A stretch of DNA of 64,000 bases from Chitinophagaceae bacterium. Its GTDB lineage: Bacteria > Bacteroidota > Bacteroidia > Chitinophagales > Chitinophagaceae. This document shows, one piece after another, positions 36,330 through 46,866 of this stretch. The stretch lies in assembly GCA_947451985.1 (NCBI GenBank), contig CANGBQ010000001.1, positions 11,471 through 75,470 of the forward strand. The letters are read 5' to 3'. Position numbers and translations under genes: made by a program. Numbering within the stretch: position 1 is the stretch's first letter; each line of letters begins with the position of its first letter. The notes beneath the pieces were generated by a model. The model had not been told where the DNA came from. It made no database searches and was given only the letters and a program-made list of their open reading frames with translations.

Positions 36330-38414
36330 ATGTTTCCGTACCAGATTCCCCTTTGGAAAAAAGCGCCTTTTATAAGAGTGGTGCTTGCCTGGATCACCGG
36401 TATTGGGCTCCAAGATACTCTCCGGTTAGGCTTTACAACGATTTTCTCCATTAGCCTTTTAATCCTTTTTTGTTTTTCCCGTTTGTATGCTCTTCCGATA
36501 TACAAAAGATATCGATACCGGCATGTTCATGGTGGATTCATATTGAGTGGTGTGATGTGTTTTGCCATGCTGGTTACATGGAACAAAGATATTCGGCATC
36601 AAAACTCTTGGTATGGTCATCATGTACAGCCGAATGATGGTTTCATGATCCGTATTGAAACTCCGCCCACTCAAAAAGGCAAATACTGGCAAGCGGTGGG
36701 TGTTGTGCAAGCATTGTTTCATCAACAGAAATGGAGGCAGACTACTGGCAACATCCACTTGTTGGTGCCGGTAGACAGTCAACAGCGGGCGTTGCAATAC
36801 GGAGATGTACTCTTTGTACGTGGAAAGTTGCAATTGATTTCACAAGCCACCAATCCTGGAGGCTTCAACTACCGAGTGTACATGGCTCGGCAACAAATAT
36901 TTTATAGCATTCGAGTGACGCCGACACAGTATCGACGGATTGCCGAACACCAGGGTAGTTGGATATCGGCCTTTGTTTTTCAAGCGCGGACAATGGTGCT
37001 AGATCGGTTGGATCGGTTCATTCAATCAGGCCCATCCATCAAAGGGATTGCCGAAGCACTATTGATTGGGTATAAAGAAAACCTTGATGGTAAGTTGATG
37101 CAATCTTATAGCAATACGGGGCTTGTTCACATCATTGCCATTTCAGGTTTGCACTTGGGTGTGATTTATATTATTTTATTGTTTTTACTGAAAAAAATTC
37201 CTTTTGTCAACCGACTACCCATAGTGAAATGGCCAATTGTTTTGCTTTTACTTTGGTTGTTTGCCCTCATGACCGGTGGAAGCGCTTCTGTGTTAAGAAG
37301 TGCCGTCATGTTTTCTTGTATTATCGTTGGAAAATTGTTGGGTAAAAGCGCGTCCATTGAGCAGTCTTTGGCAGTTTCGGCTGGTTTGCTACTGGCCTAT
37401 AATCCTTATCTGCTATGGGATGTGGGCTTTCAGCTGAGTTATTTGGCTATTATGGGGATTGTGAGTACCCAGCGATTTTTTCAAGGATGGTGGTCTCTGA
37501 GATACAAAGCATTCCAGAAAATATGGACATTGGTGTCGGTGACATTGGCTGCTCAGGTATTTACATTTCCGATATGTATCTATTATTTTCACCAGTTTCC
37601 GAATTTATTTTTTTTGAGCAATTTGATCATCGTACCGCTGTCTACGCTTGTATTATTTGGTTTGCTGTTGTTGATTGCGTTGTCTCCATTCGAAACAGTG
37701 GCGGTATGGCTGGGAAAATCTTGTTCTGTATTGATTGATGGGATGAATGGGGTGGTGCAAGCCATCGACGCCATTCCCGGTTCGGTGCTTCAGCCCATTT
37801 ATGCCAATATGTATACGACTCTTGCCCTGTATGGATGTGTACTCAGTTTGTGCTATTGGTGGATTCGTCCATACAACCGAGCTGCATTGTATGCATTGGG
37901 GACTTTTTTTATTTTTCTGGGAGCACATGCCATGGTCAGAAAGGCAGCCGATCAACAACTAAAAATCATTGTCTACAATATTCCCAAACAGTCGGCAGTG
38001 GATGTATTGTATCATCAACAATGCAATTTGATCGGTCGTTCAGGCGTATCAGATGGTCAAGCTGTCAAAACCACCCGAATCTTTTTTCATGCATGGCAGG
38101 CCTATTCGCCGCTGCCTTCTTTCTCACAGAAAAATTCCGTTTTTTCTTTTGCCACTACTCACTGGATGGTTCTTGATAGAAAAATTCACTTACCATTTTT
38201 GCCTCCACCCGCCTGTCTTGACTTTGTGGTGTTGTCAAACAATGCGCACCTTTCCATTCAATCCATTCATGATGCATTGCATCCTGCTATTATTGTTTTT
38301 GACGCGTCGAATAGTTTGTGGAAAATTGCCAAATGGAAAAAAGAATGCGAAGCCCTACTTTTGCCCTGCTATTCTATACCCGAACGAGGCGCTTTTGTGT
38401 ATTCAGTGTCATAG
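36330..38414 (+). CDS. comEC: ComEC/Rec2-family competence membrane protein
   Basis: G..HIIAISGLHLG, SVLRSAVM, WDVGFQLSY core; N-terminal OB-like region. Confidence 0.85.
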   Translation: MFPYQIPLWKKAPFIRVVLAWITGIGLQDTLRLGFTTIFSISLLILFCFSRLYALPIYKRYRYRHVHGGFILSGVMCFAMLVTWNKDIRHQNSWYGHHVQPNDGFMIRIETPPTQKGKYWQAVGVVQALFHQQKWRQTTGNIHLLVPVDSQQRALQYGDVLFVRGKLQLISQATNPGGFNYRVYMARQQIFYSIRVTPTQYRRIAEHQGSWISAFVFQARTMVLDRLDRFIQSGPSIKGIAEALLIGYKENLDGKLMQSYSNTGLVHIIAISGLHLGVIYIILLFLLKKIPFVNRLPIVKWPIVLLLLWLFALMTGGSASVLRSAVMFSCIIVGKLLGKSASIEQSLAVSAGLLLAYNPYLLWDVGFQLSYLAIMGIVSTQRFFQGWWSLRYKAFQKIWTLVSVTLAAQVFTFPICIYYFHQFPNLFFLSNLIIVPLSTLVLFGLLLLIALSPFETVAVWLGKSCSVLIDGMNGVVQAIDAIPGSVLQPIYANMYTTLALYGCVLSLCYWWIRPYNRAALYALGTFFIFLGAHAMVRKAADQQLKIIVYNIPKQSAVDVLYHQQCNLIGRSGVSDGQAVKTTRIFFHAWQAYSPLPSFSQKNSVFSFATTHWMVLDRKIHLPFLPPPACLDFVVLSNNAHLSIQSIHDALHPAIIVFDASNSLWKIAKWKKECEALLLPCYSIPERGAFVYSVS

Positions 38415-38457
38415 TCAATAGCGAACCCATCCGCTCGAAGCAGAACCCACAATCAAT

Positions 38458-39975
38458 ATGAAAAAAATTCAATCGGCCCTTATTTCTGTTTTTTATAAAG
38501 ATGGCCTCGAAGCCATTGTTTTAGCACTTCATCAGCAGGGTGTTCAAATCTATAGCACGGGCGGTACGCAATCGTTTATTGAACAACTACAAGTTCCTTG
38601 TATTCCTGTCGAATCACTGACCAGCTATCCAGCTATTCTTGGAGGAAGGGTAAAGACCCTGCATCCGGCTGTTTTCGGAGGCATTTTAGGTAAGCGGAGC
38701 GATGCGCAGCATACAGAAGAAATGGCCACCTACCAGATTCCTGCGATTGATTTGGCAATCGTCGATTTGTATCCTTTTGAGGAAACGGTCAAAAGTTTTG
38801 AGGGACAGGTATTGACAGACGAGGGGCCCATCATTGAGAAAATTGACATCGGCGGTCCGTCGATGATTCGAGCAGCGGCTAAGAACCATCAAGATGTAGT
38901 GGTGGTGGCCGCCAAACAAGACTATCCTGTATTGCACGATCTTTTGGTACAGCAATCTTGTCAAACCACCCTGGAACAAAGAAGGATGTTTGCCATTAAG
39001 GCATTCGACGTGTGTACAGCTTACGATACGGCTATATCCAATTATTTTCACAAAACCCATTTTCAGACGCCTTTTCACCAACAAGAAAGGTCTCTTCGAT
39101 ATGGTGAAAATCCGCATCAGCTAGCTTCTTTTCATGGAGACCTCTCACAAATATTCATTCAGTTACACGGAAAAGAATTGTCCTATAACAATTTGGTAGA
39201 TGTGGATGCGGCCATTCATTTGATCCGAGAATTCGATACCACTACTTTTGCCATTATCAAACACACCAATGTATGCGGCATTGCACAAGCCGATTCGGTG
39301 CTGGGCAGTTGGAAAAATGCATTGGCCGGTGATCCGGAGAGCGCTTTTGGCGGTGTATTGGTGTGCAATCAACCCATCGATGCAGCTACCGCTACCGCTA
39401 TCAACGATTTGTTTTTTGAAGTATTGATTGCATCCAATTTTGAGCCAGCGGCGCTTGCTGTGCTACAATCCAAAAAAAATCGAATATTATTACAATTAAC
39501 TGAAACTCCTTTACCGCTTCATCAATATAGATCATTGTTGAACGGCTTATTGAGTCAGCAACAAGACGAAGGCAATGTGGAAGAATGGAAAGAAGTGGGT
39601 GGTCGAGCTTGTTCGCCTGCTGAAAAAGAAGATTTACTTTTTGCCAATTTGGTGTGCAAACATTTAAAAAGCAATGCCATCGCCCTGGTGAAAAACAAGC
39701 AATTGATTGGAAAGGGTTGTGGTCAAACCAGTAGAATTGACGCCCTTCGGCACTCGATTGAAAAAGCCCGTCAATTCAATTTTGATTTACAGGGAGCTGT
39801 TCTGGCCAGTGATGCATTTTTCCCCTTCGATGATTGTGTTACGATTGCGCATGCGGCAGGCATCCATGCTTTTATTCAGCCGGGCGGATCGATTCGCGAT
39901 GCAGATTCCATTGCTTATTGTGCGACCCATCAATTGGCCATGGTGATTACCGGGAAAAGACATTTCAAACATTAA
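38458..39975 (+). CDS. purH: Bifunctional AICAR transformylase/IMP cyclohydrolase
   Basis: ALISV..K.G, GGRVKTLHP, IDIGGPSMIRAAAKN, LRYGENPHQ, ASDAFFPF.D, RHFKH. Confidence 0.96.
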   Translation: MKKIQSALISVFYKDGLEAIVLALHQQGVQIYSTGGTQSFIEQLQVPCIPVESLTSYPAILGGRVKTLHPAVFGGILGKRSDAQHTEEMATYQIPAIDLAIVDLYPFEETVKSFEGQVLTDEGPIIEKIDIGGPSMIRAAAKNHQDVVVVAAKQDYPVLHDLLVQQSCQTTLEQRRMFAIKAFDVCTAYDTAISNYFHKTHFQTPFHQQERSLRYGENPHQLASFHGDLSQIFIQLHGKELSYNNLVDVDAAIHLIREFDTTTFAIIKHTNVCGIAQADSVLGSWKNALAGDPESAFGGVLVCNQPIDAATATAINDLFFEVLIASNFEPAALAVLQSKKNRILLQLTETPLPLHQYRSLLNGLLSQQQDEGNVEEWKEVGGRACSPAEKEDLLFANLVCKHLKSNAIALVKNKQLIGKGCGQTSRIDALRHSIEKARQFNFDLQGAVLASDAFFPFDDCVTIAHAAGIHAFIQPGGSIRDADSIAYCATHQLAMVITGKRHFKH

Positions 39976-39985
39976 AAATTCCTAC

Positions 39986-40921
39986 ATGTCTGTTTCCAAA
40001 AAGAAAGGTTGGGCGTATGCGGCCCTTGTGGCCACTAGTTTTTTTTGGGGAACCACATGGGTGGCTAGCAAATGGTCGGTTCAATCTATTCCGTCTATTC
40101 AGCTGGCGTCCATTCGTCAATGTTTGGCTGGGAGCTGTTTCGTAGGTTATTTTCTTTTTTACAAGAAGCATCCGTTGCCCACTCTTTTGCAATGGAGATG
40201 GTTGTTGGTAATGTCTGTAATCATGTTTGTATTTGCCAACTGGATGAGTACTTGGGGAATTCAATACATCACGACCGGGTTAGGAGCGCTGATCGGTTCT
40301 TTGTATCCGTTGAGTGTAGTGCTCATTGAATCTATTTTTTTTAAGTCGAAAAAAATTAACACGCTAACGATTCTCGGATTGTGCTTGGGCGTTTTCGGTG
40401 TTTCGGTTGTCTTTTACAACAGCATGCTCACACAAATGAATGAAAAGGTATTGTTTGGTATTTGTTTGTCTGTTTTTGCTATGTTATCCTGGAGCCTGGG
40501 GACTGTTTTTTTGACAAGAAACAAGGTAAACATCAATCCCTATTATGCTACTGGTTGGCAAATGTTGATCAGCGCTTTCATTTTACTTAGCATTGGATTG
40601 TACCACCATCAATTCACTTCGGTTGCGCAGATGCCCTTGAGTGTTTGGGGAGCTATTTTTTACTTGGTTGTTTTTGGGTCTATTGTCAGTTTTATCGCTT
40701 TCATCTATTCCACCAAGCATTTGCCTCCTGCGATTGCTTCGCTGTATGCATACATCAATCCGATTGTTGCGATTGTGGTGGCTTCATGGGTTTTTAAAAA
40801 TGAAGCCCTATCGATCTCTGTTTTGTGGGGGACTCTGATTACCCTGTCAGGCGTTTATTTGGTGAATCTCAGTATGAAAAAAGCAGCTACCCAGAATCCT
40901 ATCGTTGAACCTGAGATATAA
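39986..40921 (+). CDS. EamA/DMT-family transporter
   Basis: Ten hydrophobic helices in two repeats; FWGTTW and YINPIVA motifs. Confidence 0.87.
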   Translation: MSVSKKKGWAYAALVATSFFWGTTWVASKWSVQSIPSIQLASIRQCLAGSCFVGYFLFYKKHPLPTLLQWRWLLVMSVIMFVFANWMSTWGIQYITTGLGALIGSLYPLSVVLIESIFFKSKKINTLTILGLCLGVFGVSVVFYNSMLTQMNEKVLFGICLSVFAMLSWSLGTVFLTRNKVNINPYYATGWQMLISAFILLSIGLYHHQFTSVAQMPLSVWGAIFYLVVFGSIVSFIAFIYSTKHLPPAIASLYAYINPIVAIVVASWVFKNEALSISVLWGTLITLSGVYLVNLSMKKAATQNPIVEPEI

Positions 40922-42185
40922 ATCTTGCATACATTTCCTGCCAGCCTTCAAACTGCGGATCTGTTCCCAAAAAGTTATTATGAAAAATCGTTATAAAGGA
41001 GCCTTGTACTTTTTTGCATTCTTCGTAATAATACATGAGTTCACTAAACGCTTCTTCTGCAGATTTCTTTTGATAATAAAAACAAGTGGCATCCATAAAA
41101 CAAAAGGGATGAAGGCGCAAAGTTGTTTTTTCTTCTTTCGATAAATCGTACCAATAAAAAGAACTGGCTACTGAAGCCCTGAAGCCATTCGTAGAAGGAT
41201 AGCCCATGCTGTATTCCTCATGAATATTGGTTTGAATCAGCCGTTGATAGGTATCCGGCAGCGAAAATTTAATGTAGTGTTGTCTGGAAGAAATGATGTC
41301 GTGTTTAACCAGTCGTGTCAGTCTTCTTTTTTCTTTTTGTAAAATATAAATCGCTTTGTTGCTTTTCCAGGAGGGATGGATGCCAATGGTATAGCGTCTG
41401 TCGTGATGCTGAATCAGACGTCTCATCGATTTTTTGAAAGGAGAAATGTTTTTGTCATATCGCCCCATCAGGTGAGATACTAAAAAGAAATAGATTGGAT
41501 GGAGGGAATATTCCTGGTGTAGCCGATCTAAAAAATCATATGAATCGAATGGATCTTTTTCTATTCCCAACATTACTTTCAATCGATATACAGACGGCTT
41601 TCTACAAAAGCCAACCATGTTTCTGATGACACCCTTGTTCTTATAAGACCAGGCGATATCAATATCGTAGGTGGGTTTAAATTGAAAATGCCCAGGCTCT
41701 ATAGATAATGACGGAAATTTTTCTTTCAATATCCGGCCGAGCAATACCATCCATTGACTGACCAGCGGTCTTTGTAAAAATCCGTTTCGGTGGGCCACGC
41801 TGCTGTGATGGTCATATCGGCCAAATGCATCTTTTTGATGAGGAAGGTATTCTTCGTATCGGCTGATTAAAAAAAAGCTTGCTCCAAAAATATCAAACGT
41901 CAAATCTCCGCCATTCGTTTTGAAAAATGCGGTACAATGATCTGTTTCAAAGCAATCCACCTGCTGTTGTTCAATGCTTTTTTGAAACAGAATCCCTTGG
42001 GGCGCTATATGCAAACAATTCCTGTCTATTTTTTCAAGACTGTAATTGAGTATCGGGCCAGTGTGGTTGTTTAAAATTTCTTGTTGATCTGTTACGACGA
42101 AAGAAATGCCGAGTTGTTCTTTTAAAATAAACTCGCAGATGTATAAAAGTCTAGGAGTGATGGTATGGGTATAAACGAGCAGCAT
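40899..42185 (-). CDS. Polysaccharide deacetylase family protein (Bacteroidota type)
   Basis: FFLISRYEEY, PTYDID, IGIHPS, RQHY, GFRAS, FMDAT, IFHNN NodB-like pattern. Confidence 0.75.
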   Translation of the reverse strand: MLLVYTHTITPRLLYICEFILKEQLGISFVVTDQQEILNNHTGPILNYSLEKIDRNCLHIAPQGILFQKSIEQQQVDCFETDHCTAFFKTNGGDLTFDIFGASFFLISRYEEYLPHQKDAFGRYDHHSSVAHRNGFLQRPLVSQWMVLLGRILKEKFPSLSIEPGHFQFKPTYDIDIAWSYKNKGVIRNMVGFCRKPSVYRLKVMLGIEKDPFDSYDFLDRLHQEYSLHPIYFFLVSHLMGRYDKNISPFKKSMRRLIQHHDRRYTIGIHPSWKSNKAIYILQKEKRRLTRLVKHDIISSRQHYIKFSLPDTYQRLIQTNIHEEYSMGYPSTNGFRASVASSFYWYDLSKEEKTTLRLHPFCFMDATCFYYQKKSAEEAFSELMYYYEECKKVQGSFITIFHNNFLGTDPQFEGWQEMYARFISQVQR

Positions 42186-42196
42186 GGTTCAATGGT

Positions 42197-43573
42197 TTAT
42201 TGGCTGAACCGTTCTTTCCATTGTTGATTGAAGGTTTTATCGCTGAAATGAAGTTGACCCCTGCGAGCAGTCCATTGTGTAAATACTTTGTTCACCCACT
42301 TGTTTTTGAGTTTGCCATTGGCCATGTTCATCAAGCTTCGATTCATATTGGCCAATCGCCATATTTTCCAGGCAGCCCTTTCGGCCAAACTACTCAACCC
42401 TTCTTCCACCGATTCTTTTCGGTTGTCTAATAGTAGTTCGTGCAAATTGATTTTCACAGCACATACTTCTGTACAACTACCGCAAAGTGAAGATGCATAA
42501 CTAAGGTGTTTGAACTCCTGCATGCCCTGCAAGTGAGGAGTGATTACGCTTCCTATAGGTCCGCTGTAAGTAGCCCCATAAGCATGACCCCCAATATTTT
42601 TATAAATGGGACAAGTATTTAAGCAAGCGCCACACCGAATACAATACAAGCTTTCCCTTTGTTTGGGATTTTGTAAAATATTGGTTCGGCCATTGTCCAG
42701 CAATATCACATACATTTCTTCGGGTCCATCCGTTTCATTGGCTTGTTTGGGGCCAGTGACAATGGTATTGTATACTGTCATCTTTTGTCCCGTACCATAG
42801 GTGCTCAGCAAGGGCCAGAACAAAGCCAGATCAGTCAACGAAGGAATTATTTTTTCAATACCCACCACCACAATATGCGTTTTGGGAAAGGCACAACTCA
42901 GCCGTGCATTCCCTTCGTTTTCTGTAATCGCAATGCCGCCAATGTCACTGATGATAAAGTTGGCACCTGTTACGCCCACTTCTGCCTCCACATATTTTTT
43001 TCGCAAGATATTTCTGGCAACCAACGTCAGGGCTTCCGGTGTGAGTTTTGGATCAGTCCCTAATTTTTCTGCAAACAGCTTCGCTACATCTTCTTTGCTT
43101 TTATGCATGGCTGGGGTAACGATGTGGTAGGGGGCTTCTCCGTCCAACTGCTGAATGTATTCACCTAAATCTGTCTCAATGCTATCAATGTTGTTTTCCT
43201 GCAATGCTTGGTTCAAATGAATTTCTTCGGTAACCATGCTCTTGCTCTTGACAAGGGTTTGGCAGTTTTTTTGTCGGCAAATTTGTAAGATTTCATCAAT
43301 CGCTTGCTGTCCATTCTCTGCCCATATCACTTTTCCGCCTCTTTTACTGAAATTCAATTCAAATTCTTCCAGTTGCTGGTCGAGGGTTTCAATGGCACGC
43401 CACTTGATATTTTTGGCACGCTCCCTGGCCAGATGCACATTGTCAAATTGCCCCTTTCCTTGTGGAACAACGGCGTTGTATTTACCAATATTGAAATTGA
43501 TTTTTCGCCTGTGTTCAACATCGGCTGCTTTTATAGTGCTTTTGGCTATAAAGGAGGCTGCTGTTTCTGACAT
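42197..43573 (-). CDS. lutB: Lactate utilization Fe-S protein LutB/LldF
   Basis: KSKSMVTEEI, ETDLGEYI, HIVTPAMH, CIRCGACLNTCP and CGSCTEVC 4Fe-4S motifs. Confidence 0.88.
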   Translation of the reverse strand: MSETAASFIAKSTIKAADVEHRRKINFNIGKYNAVVPQGKGQFDNVHLARERAKNIKWRAIETLDQQLEEFELNFSKRGGKVIWAENGQQAIDEILQICRQKNCQTLVKSKSMVTEEIHLNQALQENNIDSIETDLGEYIQQLDGEAPYHIVTPAMHKSKEDVAKLFAEKLGTDPKLTPEALTLVARNILRKKYVEAEVGVTGANFIISDIGGIAITENEGNARLSCAFPKTHIVVVGIEKIIPSLTDLALFWPLLSTYGTGQKMTVYNTIVTGPKQANETDGPEEMYVILLDNGRTNILQNPKQRESLYCIRCGACLNTCPIYKNIGGHAYGATYSGPIGSVITPHLQGMQEFKHLSYASSLCGSCTEVCAVKINLHELLLDNRKESVEEGLSSLAERAAWKIWRLANMNRSLMNMANGKLKNKWVNKVFTQWTARRGQLHFSDKTFNQQWKERFSQ

Positions 43574-43684
43574 GATTAAAAGGTTATAGCGAAGGTACTA
43601 CATAACCTATATGCAGGCATGAATTTTTTGTGCTCGATAGGGCAGTTGATGACCCTTGTCTTCCTGCTGTAAAAAAATATTGCT

Positions 43685-44872
43685 TTACTTCAGCACGTCC
43701 AAAGATTTGCCCACTTTGATAAAGGCATCGATGGCTTTGTCCAGGTGATAAGGTTCGTGGGCCGCACTCAATTGAACCCTGATGCGCGCTTGTCCTTTGG
43801 CCACTACGGGAAAGAAAAAGCCAATGACATAAATGCCTTCTTCCAACAATTTTGCAGCAAATTGTTGCGCCAGTACCGCATCGTATAGCATAATGGGAAC
43901 AATAGGATGGTCGCCTGGTTTGATGTCGAAACCGGCTTCGGTCATTTTTTGTCTGAAGTATTTTGTATTGTGTTCCAGCTTGTCTCTTAATTCGGTGGTT
44001 TCGCTCAGCATGTTCAATACGGCTATGGAAGCGCCCACGATGCTGGGGGCAAGGGTATTGCTAAACAAGTAAGGACGACTTCTTTGGCGGAGCATTTCAA
44101 TGATTTCTTTTTTACCGGACGTAAAACCGCCACTCGCACCACCCAACGCTTTACCCAGCGTGCCCGTAATGATATCCACCCGTCCCATTACATTTCTGTA
44201 TTCGTGGGTGCCACGGCCCGTTTTTCCTAAAAAACCCGAAGAGTGACATTCGTCAATCATCACGATGGCATCGTATCGGTCTGCCAGATCACAAATAACA
44301 TCCAATTGAGCAATGGTTCCATCCATACTGAACGATCCATCTGTAACAATGATGCGGCTTCTGCAGGTACTCGATTCTTGTAATTTTTTTTCCAAATCCG
44401 CCATGTTGTTGTGTTCGTAGCGAAACCGTTGTGCTTTGCACAATCGAATGCCATCAATAATAGAAGCATGATTGAGCGCATCGCTGATAATCGCATCTTC
44501 CTCATTAAACAACGGCTCAAATACACCCCCATTCGCATCAAAGGCAGCAGCATACAAAATGGTGTCTTCGGTGCCTAAAAAGGCTGCTATTGATTGTTCC
44601 AATTCCTTATGAATATCCTGTGTCCCACAAATGAAACGTACGCTGCTCATACCATATCCTCTATGGTCGATGTATTTTTTTGCCGCTTCCAGTACTTTGG
44701 GATGAGACGATAAGCCCAAATAATTATTGGCACAAAAATTCAACACGGTCTTACCATTGACAATGATTTCGGCGCCTTGCTCACTGGTAATGACGCGTTC
44801 GTTTTTAAACAATCCTGCGGCATTGATTTCATCCAGCTCTGCTCCTATGCGGGCGGTAAATTTTGTATTCAT
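43685..44872 (-). CDS. kbl: Glycine C-acetyltransferase (2-amino-3-ketobutyrate CoA ligase)
   Basis: NFCANNYLGLS, SVRFICGTQD.H, LNHASIIDG, GTLGKALGGA PLP lysine, RPYLFSN. Confidence 0.95.
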   Translation of the reverse strand: MNTKFTARIGAELDEINAAGLFKNERVITSEQGAEIIVNGKTVLNFCANNYLGLSSHPKVLEAAKKYIDHRGYGMSSVRFICGTQDIHKELEQSIAAFLGTEDTILYAAAFDANGGVFEPLFNEEDAIISDALNHASIIDGIRLCKAQRFRYEHNNMADLEKKLQESSTCRSRIIVTDGSFSMDGTIAQLDVICDLADRYDAIVMIDECHSSGFLGKTGRGTHEYRNVMGRVDIITGTLGKALGGASGGFTSGKKEIIEMLRQRSRPYLFSNTLAPSIVGASIAVLNMLSETTELRDKLEHNTKYFRQKMTEAGFDIKPGDHPIVPIMLYDAVLAQQFAAKLLEEGIYVIGFFFPVVAKGQARIRVQLSAAHEPYHLDKAIDAFIKVGKSLDVLK

Positions 44873-45086
44873 GTGATTGTTGTCTAAGGGATTAAAGGTA
44901 TTATTTTAGTCCTTTATTTTTTTATTTTTATTGAGTATTTCTATAAAAAATCATCTGTCGGATAAGGTTGACTATAAAAACTCGTTAAAATTGTTTTTTG
45001 TGTTTTTTTATATTGTCTCTTTGTCTACATTCGATTCAACAGTTTTTGAAATTATATCCCATCAAAGTATTCAAATGATCGCTTCC

Positions 45087-45623
45087 ATGAAACCCTTTAT
45101 TTGTTTTATTCTTTTAGGTTGTCTTTTCATATTGGTATCTAGCTTTTGGACAACTTCGGGTCATAAAAAAACAACCCGTCAACAGGGATACTACATCATT
45201 ATTGATAAAAGCGATTATGAATTAAAAGTCTACGATTTTGATGGATGGTACGCCACTTATCCGATTGTTTTCGGAAGCAAAGATTTGAGCGACAAAATGA
45301 GAGAGGGGGACAAAAAAACGCCCGAAGGCACGTTTAAAGTCATCCTTAAAAAGATTCATTCAAAATGGGGTCCTGAGCTTTTGCTGGATTATCCAAACGA
45401 AGAAAGCGTTCAAAAATTCAATGATCGCAAAGCTGCTGGTATGATTCCCCGAAATGCCAAAATCGGGAATGGTATTGCTATCCATGCCACCCGGCCGGAG
45501 GAAGAATGGACAGTAGACAATTATTACAATTGGACAGATGGCTGCATTTCGGTAAAATATTCAGAGATGATCGATCTGTACAGTTATATTCCTTTGCAAA
45601 CCAAGGTTACGATTCAGCCATAA
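45087..45623 (+). CDS. L,D-transpeptidase (YkuD) family protein, exported
   Basis: Signal peptide, IDKSDYEL, GDKKTPEG, IAIHAT (His) and WTDGCISV (Cys). Alternative start at 45075. Confidence 0.82.
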   Translation: MKPFICFILLGCLFILVSSFWTTSGHKKTTRQQGYYIIIDKSDYELKVYDFDGWYATYPIVFGSKDLSDKMREGDKKTPEGTFKVILKKIHSKWGPELLLDYPNEESVQKFNDRKAAGMIPRNAKIGNGIAIHATRPEEEWTVDNYYNWTDGCISVKYSEMIDLYSYIPLQTKVTIQP

Positions 45624-46842
45624 ACAATAAACTGCTATCACCATAGCTCAGAAATCGGAAATCATTTTCCAGTGCGTATTCATATATTTTTCTCCAATCT
45701 TTTCGCACTGCCGCAGCTACCAGTAACAATAAGGTAGAATGAGGCTGGTGAAAATTTGTGATCATGACCTGCACCAACTTGAATGCATAGCCAGGTGCAA
45801 TCAGCAATTGGGTTTTCGTGAACAAAGCGTTTTTCTTTTTCATCTCGAGCCATTTCAATAAGGATTGAAGTGCTTCCTTCGTTGACAAATTTGGTTCTTG
45901 CAGCAATTGGCTGTAGGCATCCCATTGTTGAATAGAAAGGTTTATTGCATGGGGTGAAACAAATGCCTTTACACCCAGCCAGTATAAAGATTCCAAGGTT
46001 CGAACCGAAGTTGTCCCCGTTGCTACAATAGGTCCGTTGTGCTGAATCAGTTGTTCTATGAAGCTCTTTTCTACTTCAATCCATTCTGCATGCATCTCAT
46101 GCTGTTCCATGGTAGGGGTAGTAACGGGCTTAAAAGTACCAGCTCCTACGTGCAGGGTGATATTCGCTGTATGAATGTTTTTACTTGCCAAACGATCTAA
46201 TACAGACTGGGTAAAGTGAAGTCCGGCAGTTGGCGCCGCTACCGACCCGCTATGTGCCGCATAAATGGTTTGATACCGCTCGGTATCTGCTGAAGCTGTT
46301 GTTCTTTTGATGTAAGGTGGCAAAGGAATATCGCCTGCATATTCTATGATCTCTGCAAAAGAGTATTGGCTTGGTTTCCATTCAAAAGAAACAAGATAAG
46401 CATTGGATTGCTTTTCAATCATTCGAGCATACAGTTGAATAACATCGTTTCGAATCATTATTTGCTTGACCAACACATCACTTTTCCATTTGGCTGCCCC
46501 TCCAATGAAACATTTCCAGGTGGAACGGCCGCTTTGTTGCATAACAGTGCTGTATTCTGTTATCTCGCCAGCGGGTTCCAAACAAAAAATTTCAATGGTA
46601 CTGCCAGTGGTTTTTTTAAAATGCAATCTTGCATTGATGACTTTGGTGTTATTGCAAACCAGCAAACTATTTTCCGGCAAATAGGCAGGCAGATTGACAA
46701 ATCGACTTTCTTGAATATCCCCATCTTTGTATACCAGTAATTTGGACTGGTCTCTTTCTGCCAAGGGATGCAGTGCAATGCGTTCGTCAGGGAGCGAATA
46801 AGTGTAGTCCTGAATAGAAATATCGCCTGGAAATGTTTTCAT
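45607..46842 (-). CDS. queA: S-adenosylmethionine:tRNA ribosyltransferase-isomerase
   Basis: NNTKVINAR, PLPPYIKR, YQT.YA...GSVAAPTAGLHF, LHVGAGTF.PV, TNFHQP.STL, FLSYGD. Confidence 0.93.
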   Translation of the reverse strand: MKTFPGDISIQDYTYSLPDERIALHPLAERDQSKLLVYKDGDIQESRFVNLPAYLPENSLLVCNNTKVINARLHFKKTTGSTIEIFCLEPAGEITEYSTVMQQSGRSTWKCFIGGAAKWKSDVLVKQIMIRNDVIQLYARMIEKQSNAYLVSFEWKPSQYSFAEIIEYAGDIPLPPYIKRTTASADTERYQTIYAAHSGSVAAPTAGLHFTQSVLDRLASKNIHTANITLHVGAGTFKPVTTPTMEQHEMHAEWIEVEKSFIEQLIQHNGPIVATGTTSVRTLESLYWLGVKAFVSPHAINLSIQQWDAYSQLLQEPNLSTKEALQSLLKWLEMKKKNALFTKTQLLIAPGYAFKLVQVMITNFHQPHSTLLLLVAAAVRKDWRKIYEYALENDFRFLSYGDSSLLFMAES

Positions 46843-46866
46843 GCAGGCTCAAAATTACCAACCTTC

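Noticed and set aside
44873-45074. AT-rich 200-bp gap and the ORF-track extension of the L,D-transpeptidase from 44931
   Set aside because: T-rich divergent promoter region. The extension overlaps promoter-like elements, and a signal peptide starts at 45075 or 45087.
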